A stretch of DNA of 40,577 bases, from assembly GCF_001194135.2 (NCBI RefSeq), contig NC_068985.1, positions 113,963,674 through 114,004,250 on the forward strand, given 5' to 3'. Of the stretch, positions 11,561 to 21,832 are shown piece after piece. The notes beneath the pieces are model-generated. The model ran no database searches. It saw only the letters and a program-made list of their open reading frames with translations, and had not been told where the DNA came from. Made by a program: the position numbers and the translations under genes. How positions within the stretch are numbered: the first letter of the stretch is position 1; every line of letters begins with the position of its first letter. Source of the DNA: Octopus bimaculoides (lineage: Eukaryota).

Positions 11561-12232
11561 TGTTCATATTTCTTAGAACACAAAAGGAAAGAAAAAAAAT
11601 TGCCTTTGGAGGGATTTGAACTAAGAAATGTAAAAAAAAACTAAAGAATACTCAATTAGGATTAGCCAATCTGCTCATCCTAATAATACTAATAATAGAC
11701 AGGATTATGGTTAAGAATCAAAAGAAACCAAAGGTAATCTGCACTGGCAAGATTTATATTACTTAAAGAAGTAACAGAAAGAGTACAGTGAAATTGCTGT
11801 AGAGAGTGGAATATCTGAAATGATGGATACTCCAAACCCCATGCCAATTTCACTATACTCTTCCTGCTACTCCCCCACTCCACCCTCCAAAAATTACAGA
11901 TATTATAATGCATCCATTGCTTGGGATGATATTGATCATGAATTGGTAGCTTCTGACATGCGACTGGATAGTAGAATATTCTGAAGAGAATTTTATATTA
12001 ATTTGTTAATGTGCAGCACAGATTGAAGTCCAACTGTCCAGTCTTTTAACTATATATACACACACACACACATTTATTTAAACAGAGCTCTCATCAAAAT
12101 GCCCAACACTCATTAAACACCTTCTCTAATTCATGTGCCATAATACTTGTAACCAAAGACAATAATATGAGTGAAATCTTCACTCACAACTATGAAGCCA
12201 ATGAAGAGGAACAAAGAAAATATGGTTCTTAC

Positions 12233-12333
12233 TTGTTTTCTAAAGTACACCAGCCACAGTAAGGATCTTTGACTCCAATGCAATCACTGCAGCTTGTATA
12301 GCGACTGCAATCTTCCACACGCACCTTGCTGAG
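12233..12333 (-). CDS. PlexA: Internal coding exon of a plexin-A-like semaphorin receptor (end of Sema domain / start of first PSI domain)
   Basis: The minus strand reads tttaatttcag|CTCAGCAAGGTGCGT...TTAGAAAACAA|gtaag, with a canonical acceptor and donor. It is 101 nt, phase 0 to phase 2, and translates as LSKVRVEDCSRYTSCSDCIGVKDPYCGWCTLEN+AA. The C-x5-C-x2-C-x4-DPYCGWC pattern is the plexin PSI signature (semaphorins usually have DPYCAWD), and the 'CGWC.LENK' ending recalls invertebrate Plexin A. It is too short for the ORF track. The A-versus-B subfamily call is less certain than the plexin call. Confidence 0.9.
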
Positions 12334-14382
12334 CTGAAATTAAATATAAAATAAACTATAAATACAATGTAAAAAAAATTAAGTCATAAATATACTGACC
12401 TAAACCAACTATTTCATTACAACTAATATTTATACACACATACACACTTGTTTGCGTGTGTATGTGTGCGTTTTAGACAATTAGGTAAGGATTAGGAGCT
12501 GAAATCATTTGGAAAACAATCGACATAATTTCTTAATTTTTATTGTGGTTCAGTAAAGGAAGAACATTATGTGTGTGTGTGTGTGTGTGTATGCATGCAC
12601 AGGTGTGCTTGTATGTGTATATATATATATATATATATATTACACCCACACACAAATCACATATACATACAGACATANNNNNNNNNNNNNNNNNNNNNNN
12701 NNNNNNNNNNNNNNNNNNNNNNNNNNNNNNNNNNNNNNNNNNNNNNNNNNNNNNNNNNNNNNNNNNNNNNNNNNNNNNNNNNNNNNNNNNNNNNNNNNNN
12801 NNNNNNNNNNNNNNNNNNNNNGATCTGTTTGTCCCCTCTGTGTGTAACCCCTTGTGTGTGTATGTGTGTATGTATGTATGTATGTATGTATGTATGTATG
12901 TTTGTGTGTGCATTGAGGGAGAAAGAATGAGTGATCATTTGCAATAATTTCATAATTATCAAGCATGAGGTAGATTCTAGATGAACCAAAACCGTGACCC
13001 GATTTCCACCATCAGGATGAAACCAATTCACTTCACTGATGCCATTAATTCTTTTGAGAAAACCATAAACATAATAAACTTTCCATTTACTCCACCCACA
13101 GAGAGAAAGAAACTCTCCATCTATTGTACCTAAATAGATAAAACATACATAATTTCCCCAAGCTTTGTCACACAAAACAGAGATGTATTAAAAACTGTTG
13201 ATGGTATTGGTGATGATGACGGGGGGAAACATTGATGATGAAGATAATGATGGAAATGATGACGCTGAGATTAATGTTAATAATGCTGCTACTGCTGCTG
13301 CTGCTGCTACTGCTGACACTAACTTTGATGTACGAGTGATTTCTATATAACATTGACAGTTTTCTACACAATTAATCATTATCTTAAAAGTACATTTGAT
13401 CCAATTGAAGATTCACAATTTTCTAATTTGCTGGTAGCTTGAAACTTCAACACACATACACACGCGTATCCATAGATTTCATTATTCCACAAACAATCTT
13501 TGTTGTGCTGAGAAAGCAGGCGAAAGAGAAACAAAAAAACATAAATAAAAGAAAAAGAGGAATAAGAATTGATCCATTTCTGTTATGGATAAAAAGAAAT
13601 TCATACAAAAAAACAGATGGATGAAAGTTGAGTTTTGATCCAAGAACAGCAGGATTTTATTCTATCCAGCCCTTTTTGGTAGATGCAGCAACAGCTTGGT
13701 TGCACAATGTAAGGACATGCATGAGTGAATAAATGTATTTTGATATATTGAGCAAATCTGTAGTCAATAGATGTGACTTGAGTCTCAATCGATCATTATT
13801 TTATGTAAGATGTATGGTTAGCTGTATCAAATATGGCTACTGTATAGCTGTATCAAGTATAACTGCCAAGACTGACTGTGTATTTATATTCACAGCAGAT
13901 TAATGACTCCAGAATATAAATCTAGCATTGATATCATCAATATATCTATCGAAGGTCTTAGAAAAGTTTAGAATGAGATATACGGCAGTTTGATAATCTG
14001 TGACAGAGACACTCAGACGAGGAATGGTTCAGCTTGATTTAGCCGATTTCCCATGATGCTCTTCACTTTCTAATTACTTCAAATACAATTTATTACTTGT
14101 AAGAATTCTCGTTAATTTTATAACGTTTCTCTAATTCATGAGATTCTGTATGTATGTGTATGTGTGTGTGTGTGTATGAGTTTGAATACTATGAATGTGT
14201 ATGCCTGTATGTATGTGTAACAATGTAAAGAATAACAAATAAGATTAGTGAATGTAAAGAAATGGAGGGGAGTAGGAAAGAAAAAGAGAAAGATGGAAAG
14301 AAGAAAGATGAACTTAAAGCAAACATTTCAAGTAAATGAAATGAGCAAAAAAATAACAGGCTTTATTTATCTATATATAAAT

Positions 14383-14530
14383 GCAGGCATGGCTGTGTGG
14401 TTAGGAAGCTTGGTTTCCAACTACATAGTTTCAGGTTTAGTTCTACCATATGCAACCTTGGATATCTTCAACTATAGCCAACCAGAGCTTTTGGATTATA
14501 TTTCAAAGATAGAAACTGAGAGAAGCCCGT
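14383..14530 (+). mobile_element. SINE family A head and core, diverged
   Basis: GCAGGCATGGCTGTGTGGTTAGGAAGCTTG...GAAACTGAGAGAAGCCCGT. Confidence 0.75.
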
Positions 14531-14549
14531 GTGTGTGTATTTATTTATC

Positions 14550-14658
14550 ATTCTTATTCAAGAATGTTGTTACAGTGACTTCGAAGTTTTGGACAGTCTG
14601 ATGATAGCTTAGCTCGCTGAAACTTTCAAGTCAGTCAACAACATTCTTGTATAAGAAT
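14550..14658 (+). ncRNA. Long imperfect hairpin enclosing a degenerate hammerhead-ribozyme core
   Basis: Arms 14550-14571 and 14637-14658 are complementary at 21 of 22 positions, and pairing continues inward (GACTTCGAAGTTT / AAACTTTCAAGTC). The loop holds CTGATGA(14598-14604)-T-AGC-ttagctc-GCT-GAAAC(14619-14623). Confidence 0.45.
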
Positions 14659-14715
14659 TATAATTTTTATGTTTATCAATTTNNNNNNNNNNNNNNNNNN
14701 NNNNNNNNNNNNNNN

Positions 14716-14750
<35 letters not shown>

Positions 14751-14754
14751 AGAA

Positions 14755-14930
14755 TGTATGAAAAAAAACAACAGACGAGGACAGGTGGTGTAAACAACAA
14801 AAGGATGTATTAGTTTGACGCTCGGGAATACAGAAAGTCTTTAACGTTTCGAGCTACGCTCTTCAACAGAGAGAATACGGAGAAAACAAGGAGAAAAACA
14901 CGGAGAAAAAAAATTGAATGGTGTTTGGTC
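14755..14930 (-). mobile_element. Penelope-like terminal fragment carrying a minimal hammerhead-like motif (14838-14874)
   Basis: Minus strand: tctct-CTGTTGA-A-GAGC-gta-GCTC-GAAAC-GTT-aaaga. Aligns with 18830-18945 and lies next to (TA)n. Confidence 0.55.
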
Positions 14931-16074
14931 ACCGATTATACACACACACCTCCTCCCTTTTGATGAGGGATTCACATCATAATGGGAATTTCCAGAGTGC
15001 TGTGTAGTTTTGACCTCCTTGTATTTCTCCTCAGTCAAAAGTACACTTCTATACCAATAAACTGAACAAAAGTATGAGCACTTGTTTATAGGAATCAGTA
15101 AACAAATATATAATAATTATCTTAATTCAATAAAGTTAAGACTGATATGGGCAGCTTTTTTTGAGAAGCAGGCTACATGAGACAAGGCTCATAATCAGAT
15201 GGACCACACTAGAAGAAAAATTCAAGAATTTTCTTGATAGGCAGAATCTCTGCGATCCGTGTTTTGCCCATGGATGGTTTAGAGACTAGGTTTGGTTTGA
15301 GCACCCATTGTATGTACCTATTATCTATATGTCTTTTGATGCCTTCACATTTATTACTTCACTGTAAAAGTAGTGTAGGTAGTAGCACAAACTTGGGGAG
15401 GAGATAGTGTATGGTGACAAAGATCCTCAATATAGTCATATAGACAGAAGAACGCTGTCAGAATTTCTACATTAGAGACAATTTCCCTATCACTCCACCA
15501 AAAAAATACTGACATATGAAACAAGGTGACAGAGGTCATCAAGATACAATTAAACAACAACAATAAATAATCAGCCCCCCCCCACCTCCCCATCTTTCTT
15601 CTTATGACCTCAATATACACTCATCTATCCACCTCAACATTATTCAACCACACCTTCTTTGTCTTTATGTGACAAGTAAAATAGGTGCATGCGTGTGCAC
15701 ACACACACACATGTGAGAAAAACTGAGACTGGGTGGTTAAAAAACCTTTTAGAGGAAATCCATGCAGTGGATTGTACCTATAATTTAAAAAATGTACACC
15801 CTTATCAAACACTGTATCACACAAATAGAGGTGTAAGCACTGTAAATATTGGTAGATTAACAAAGAAGGAAGGTGGAGAACTTCTTACAATGCAAAGAGG
15901 ACAGTTAAAAGACCAATCACAATGCTTCAAGCAAACTATAGTGCTCTGCTAATATAAACATTGTTTTTGATCCAATGTAGAATACAAGTTGCACATTAAT
16001 TGATTCCATGAATATGCTACACTTGGTAACCAGGATCTGTTGTATAACTAAGTAAGCTTCTCAATCATGCCTAA

Positions 16075-16345
16075 CACTTGGTCTTCTACTATATAGCCCT
16101 AGGCCAACCAAAGCCTTGAGAGTTGATTTGGTAGACAGAAAAAAAAAAAAAGCATATTGTGTGTGTTTTGCCAAGAGTATTTTGTGAAAAGCATGTCAGG
16201 TCAGGGCAAATATTACCTTGCTTGGAAACAGGTGAGGGTTGGTGGCAGGAAGAGCATTTTGGCTGTCGCAAATCTACCTAAATGAATTCTGTCTGACCCA
16301 TGCAAGCATGGAAAGTGGACATTAAAATGAATGAAGATAATGACA
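16075..16345 (+). mobile_element. Chimeric SINE fragments (family A core plus RTE-tailed family C 3' part)
   Basis: CTATAGCCCTAGGCCAACCAAAGCCTTGAGAGTTGATTTGGTAGACAGAAA, followed by ...GACCCATGCAAGCATGGAAAGTGGACATTAAAATG. Confidence 0.7.
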
Positions 16346-17089
16346 ATGAAGATGTGACTGCTTCTGTGTATGCATATACAAATGTGTGTTAATGTATCCG
16401 TACAAGCTACGTATTCTTTTGTATTGTGGTTTGTCCATCTCTTACTATGTTTACATGTGTAGACTATGTTTAGTAGTGAAGTGTGCCAAATGAATACATA
16501 ATGCAACAGTCATGTCATCACAACATATCCACAAACACATGAAATATTATTATAATAAGAAGGATTTGAAATGTCAGCTATAACAAGTTAGCTTTCAAGT
16601 AGAATTTAAAATAGTATATTGCCCAGCAAGTTTAATGTATTTGCAGTCAAACATAGACAAAAACGACAAAGTGAACATACATAGATATAAATATATATGT
16701 TATTATATATATATTTTCAATTTATATAATATTGTCGTCATATATATTTTAAATGTCACTTACAACAAATTAACTTTCTAGCAGATTTGAAAATAGCATA
16801 TTACTCAAAATTTAGACTGTTGCCATGATAAAGCTGTCAATTGCTCTAATATAGTGTATCCACCACCTTCTCACCTCCGCTATTTAAGCGTGATAACTTG
16901 TAACTAAACATTGCACTCTATATAGCATCATGGAGACAAGTCTCATTCTTGAGTACCAGGATAATTCTTCTATATGTGCCTTCTTCTCCACCTCTGGTCA
17001 CTTAAGAGACAAATTTTATATATCCAACCACTTCAAATTACCTCCATGCATTCTCTTTTCCGCTCTGTGTATATGCACATGCACACGTG

Positions 17090-17137
<48 letters not shown>

Positions 17138-17247
17138 GTTCTAGGGAAAAGAACTCTGTAAAGCTCAATTTAATTTTAATTTTTTATAAATTGATTTTAG
17201 TTGAGTTTTTATCTGTAATTTTGGATTTTGTCCCTAATATTATTATT

Positions 17248-17278
<31 letters not shown>

Positions 17279-17629
17279 ATTTTTAAGGATCTTCTTTAAT
17301 TGGCAGATACTGCATATTTGCTTTCTCTCTCCCTCTATAAGATAGTGTGCAAAAATAACTGATCACCAAAAGTAGTGTTTCTGGCTGCAATGCAGTAAAA
17401 CTGAATAAACAAAATTCGTGCTTGCTCTCTTTCCCACCTGTGCGGCAGGTTATCACTCCAGCTCTCTCCCTCTCTCTCTCTCAGCTTTCATCTAAAAATT
17501 CATTTGGGTGGTTTATCTGTGGCCTTTATCAGCACAGGTTATCTTATATTCCATATGTCAAAATGCTTGCAGTGATTGAGTATACTAAGTTTAAACTAAA
17601 CAAATGTTATATATATATAGATATATATG

Positions 17630-17680
<51 letters not shown>

Positions 17681-17721
17681 GTAAAATCATTATTATTTTC
17701 ATTAATATTATTATCATTATT

Positions 17722-17886
17722 AAGGTGGCGAGCTGGCAGAGTTCTTAGCATGCCGGACAAAATGCTCAACAGCATTTCATCTGTCTTTATGTCCAGAGTT
17801 CAAATTCTGCCAGGTTCAACTTTACCTTTCATCCTTTTGGAGTCAATAAAATAAGTACCAGTTGAGTACTAGGGTGGGGATGGGGG
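17722..17886 (+). mobile_element. SINE family B, running into a gap
   Basis: AAGGTGGCGAGCTGGCAGAG head, B-box-like GAGTTCAAATTC, AAATAAGTACCAGTTGAGTACT core. Confidence 0.85.
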
Positions 17887-18273
17887 NNNNNNNNNNNNNN
17901 NNNNNNNNNNNNNNNNNNNNNNNNNNNNNNNNNNNNNNNNNNNNNNNNNNNNNNNNNNNNNNNNNNNNNNNNNNNNNNNNNNNNNNNNNNNNNNNNNNNN
18001 NNNNNNNNNNNNNNNNNNNNNNNNNNNNNNNNNNNNNNNNNNNNNNNNNNNNNNNNNNNNNNNNNNNNNNNNNNNNNNNNNNNNNNNNNNNNNNNNNNNN
18101 NNNNNNNNNNNNNNNNNNNNNNNNNNNNNNNNNNNNNNNNNNNNNNNNNNNNNNNNNNNNNNNNNNNNNNNNNNNNNNNNNNNNNNNNNNNNNNNNNNNN
18201 NNNNNNNNNNNNNNNNNNNNNNNNNNNNNNNAAAGGTCGTCCTTGACTGATAGAGACTGTCCATATGTATTCT

Positions 18274-18318
<45 letters not shown>

Positions 18319-18584
18319 ACTTGGTTAGATGATGCCATACAAACTTGATTGATTACATGGACAATGGCTTTACCTTCTTAACACAGCTTCCTAGCTATCT
18401 CTGACCCACCGTTTGGTGCCAGGGAAATTCCCTCAATTATCTTCCTAGTTCTTTCTAGAACCATGAAGACAGCTTCATTCCCAGCCAGACACCTTATATC
18501 TGTTCCAGATAGGAATATACTTAGTTAGGAATATACTAACTAACTATGACATTCATAAGTGAGTCCAACCTGCTGGAAGTAAAG

Positions 18585-18745
18585 TGGTGGTGTGGTTGAG
18601 AAGTTTTGCTTCCTAACCATGTGGTCTTGGGTTCAGTCCCATAGCACATCACTTCGGGCAAGTGTCTTCTGCTATAGTCCAGGGCTGACTAAAGCCTTGT
18701 GAGTGGATTTTGTAGACCAGAAACTGAAAGAAGCCCATCATATAT
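18585..18745 (+). mobile_element. SINE family A head and core
   Basis: GGGTTCAGTCCC...GGGCAAGTGTCTTCTGCTATAG...AAAGCCTTGTGAGTGGATTTTGTAGAC. Confidence 0.85.
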
Positions 18746-18771
18746 ATCATTTGATATCTGCTTTCCATGCT

Positions 18772-18805
<34 letters not shown>

Positions 18806-18829
18806 AGTCAAATTGAATAATTGGACATT

Positions 18830-18945
18830 AAAGATAATAACAACAAACAAGAGGACATGCACAAGGAATGTATTTGTTTGATGCTTGGTAAAAAGAGAGA
18901 GGTTTTGATGTTTTGAGCATAGCTCTTCATCAGAAATGAAAATTG
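18830..18945 (-). mobile_element. Penelope-like terminal fragment with CpG-decayed hammerhead-like motif (18903-18937)
   Basis: Minus strand: ttt-CTGATGA-A-GAGC-tat-GCTC-AAAAC-ATC-aaa; same family as 14755-14930. Confidence 0.55.
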
Positions 18946-19246
18946 AAAAGTCCAAAGAAGGAAAAAAAAATCACTAACAGCAAGTGTGTAGTTACATGCT
19001 TGTGTGTGTGTGCGTGTGTGTGTGCTTGTTGTGTACCCTTGTCTACACATCATATGATGGTTGTAAATGAGTATCCTCGACATACAAGTGACGTTCATTT
19101 TAAACCTTCTGTGTAAAACATATTTGACCATGAGAAATATTTCCTTATTTGGAAACAGATGAAGGTAGGTGGCAGGAAGAGTAGCCTGGCATTTGTACTT
19201 TTGGCTATAATACATGCACATGTATGTGAATGTATGCTTGCATGTA

Positions 19247-19314
<68 letters not shown>

Positions 19315-19339
19315 CAGAGACATGCAAGCATACATTCAC

Positions 19340-19370
<31 letters not shown>

Positions 19371-20794
19371 TTCAGATATGCATATATACACCGGCATACA
19401 GATATACAAACACAGGCACACACTCGCACACACGTATATAATAGTGATGATATTTGTGTATATGTGTGTATGTATGTATGTATACGTGCATGTATGTATA
19501 TACTTATATATATGCAAGGCAAGTATGTAAGCAGATCTGTGTATGTAAGGGTTAATATGTATATATGTATGCATGTAAGTGTGCATATAAATATGTACAT
19601 GTGTATGCATATGTATGTATATCTGTAAGTAAATGCATATAGCAAATCCAGTAAAGTAGAGTGTGGTAACAATAATTGAAATTATATTTTTATTAACATG
19701 TAAACTTTCATTAATCATTTCTTCAACACTAAAGCCGAAGATATAACAGTTAAGAGAGTTGTTATTCCCAGTTTCAAGTTCCAGTTGGGGATAGTAAATA
19801 GATTTTACAGTGTCCATAAGCAAAGATGGCCGCAGAGATAAAGAAGCAATGCTGATAAACACTTACAGAACGGACATATGTGAAACCAAGCAAGCATGAC
19901 TTCAAACATGTACTCATAATGCTATCCAGATTCCCTATTGGGTAACTAAATATGTGTACACAGACATAGTGCATACACATTACAATTTCACAAGCAAAAA
20001 CATCAAAGTGCTCAACACGTACTTATAAGGAAGAGGGGCTATTATGGGGGGGGGGGGAGCAGGATAGAGCATGTTATTCACATGAGTGTGGGAGAGGGGT
20101 TTCACACATGCATATCATACATATACACATAGAAAACCATGATGGAAAAGCCAAAATGATTGACTCAACATCTGAGGACCCAGTAGACTTATATAAACCT
20201 GCCCATCCTTTTCCGTACAAAGAAGGAATATAAGCCAAAACTACAAATGAAAATACTGTTTGAGATGTAGTAATTTTAATTCCCTGTTGACGGATGCTAA
20301 GTACCTGAGATATAGATTAACCTACACAGACATCACAGTCAATACTACAGGAAGGAAATCTATGTCAGGGGACACTTAGTAAATGTTGAATCAATCTTTA
20401 TGGCTCCCCATAAAATCCTGAAATAGTTTCACTTTTCTACCAATCCATTAATGAACAAAAGTGTCTGAGTGTTTAAAGCTATTAAGGGCGATTTAATGGT
20501 TAGAAAGTTGGCTAATGGTGGTTTGAGACAGATGACATCTCTCTCACTTTCCATGTCTTTTTATATTTCAGCCAAACAAAAACACATTTTTCACCCTGCT
20601 ACAGGAGCTGTAACATCTGTTAAAGAGAAGAAAGGTTGGAAGGAATCAACAGATATTTTGTGTCACCAATGTAGCACAAACAAAAGAGGAAATCGTCACA
20701 AATGTTCTGGTATTTGTTCAAAGGATTCCAATGTGTGACAGTGGAAGTGAGAGAAAGATGGAGTGGGCCCAGCTGAGATATGAACTCAGAATCT

Positions 20795-21058
20795 TTTAAT
20801 CTCTTACTTGTTTTAGTCATTAGACTGTGGAAATCTAGGCACCACCTTGAAGAATTCTTAACCAAATGAACCAACCCCAGTATTTATTCTATTGCTCTCT
20901 TTTGCTGAACCACTAGGTAACAGGGATGTAAACACACTAACACCAGTTGTCAAGTGCTGGTAGGGAACAAACATAAACACAATGACAGACACACATGATG
21001 GGACTGAACCCAAAACCATGTGGTTGAGAAGCAAACTTTGTACTACACAGCCACACCT
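20795..21058 (-). mobile_element. SINE family A, internally deleted
   Basis: GGCACCACCTTGAAG...GTTGTCAAG...GGGACTGAACCCAAAACCATGTGGTTG...ACACAGCCAC. Confidence 0.75.
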
Positions 21059-21387
21059 AGAAGGATGTATCTAAACAGTTCATTATATATAAGCTAACAT
21101 TTTATGATATCGATAAACCTACTATTCTCATAATAATTTCGTAAAATTGCCAATAACATATATCCCTGACACAAATTTCTGTTGAAATACAGTGACACTG
21201 TTTCAGTTAATCTTAAAAATAATGAAGATTTTAGTAGAATAACTTTGTCGTTATTAAGTGTGTATATAAAGCATACAAATCCAGATGAAATTTTGATGAA
21301 AGTTTTTAATTTAGATCACTTTAATCCTTTTGTTATCCTATCTCTGATGAAATACACTTCCATTGATTCAATTAATTTTGAAAATAA

Positions 21388-21620
21388 TCTCTTATTTGTT
21401 CCAGTCATAAAACTGTGGCCATGCTGGGGCACTGCCTTGAAGACTTTTAATGGAATGCATCGACCTCACCACCTTTTTTCTATAAAGCCTGGTACTTATT
21501 CTATCAGTATCTTTCGCTGAAGTTACGGGGTCATACAGGCACCAACATCAGTTGTCAAGTTGTCATAGGGGACAAACACAGACACAAAGACACACACACA
21601 TAGCTATATACATATGATAG
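21388..21620 (-). mobile_element. SINE family A 3' part
   Basis: GGCCATGCTGGGGCACTGCCTTGAAG...GCCTGGTACTTATTCTATC...GTTGTCAAG. Confidence 0.8.
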
Positions 21621-21832
21621 GCTGAAGAACAACCCTAGGATGCTGAACCTTTCAGACGAGATGACAAAAGACTGAGATGCCTGGTGCCTTCCCTTACTCA
21701 AGAAGACCCATACTCTGCAGCAAAGTGTTAAAAGTGGGTGCAGCTTCCCAGCTTCCCAGCTTGCCAGCTCTCGTCAAACCCTCTAACCCATGCTAGCAAA
21801 GACAATGGATGTAAAGTGATGATGATGATGAT
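21621..21832 (+). mobile_element. 3' end of an RTE-clade LINE (ORF C-terminus remnant and 3' UTR)
   Basis: Translates as LKNNPRMLNLSDEMTKD*DAW, where TGA is probably a decayed CGA giving a DR..WR-type RTE C-terminal motif; the AACCCATGCTAGCA...(GAT)n tail is shared with SINE family C. Confidence 0.55.

Noticed and set aside
12960-13175. Segment YVCFIYLGTIDGEFL... resembling the Sema-domain 'FLGTxDG' motif, with an acceptor-like tttag near 13130
   Set aside because: The following residues do not resemble plexin (no LKKV-type continuation), and there is no good phase-0 donor to join the PSI exon.
13920-14030. Minus-strand peptide TDYQTAVYLILNFSKTFDR, faintly like the LINE RT 'DFSKAFD' motif
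   Set aside because: Too short and degenerate to support a call.
18808-19862. ORFs of 123-255 aa rich in YI/HT/CV repeats (similar ones at 9330-9899 and 30532-30824)
   Set aside because: Translations of (TA)n, (CA)n and (TG)n tracts with no domain signature.
19869-19947. Strong minus-strand donor (gtaagtgt) preceded by an open frame YPIGNLDSIMSTCLKSCLLGFTYVRS
   Set aside because: Weak acceptor and no plexin similarity.
20469-20738. 89-aa plus-strand ORF with a Cys/His-rich end and an upstream tttcag acceptor
   Set aside because: No recognisable zinc-finger spacing or family match, and no supporting neighbouring exons.
21344-21385. CTGATGA...GAAA as another hammerhead
   Set aside because: Part of the TTAA-MITE unit, with no stem II or stem III pairing.
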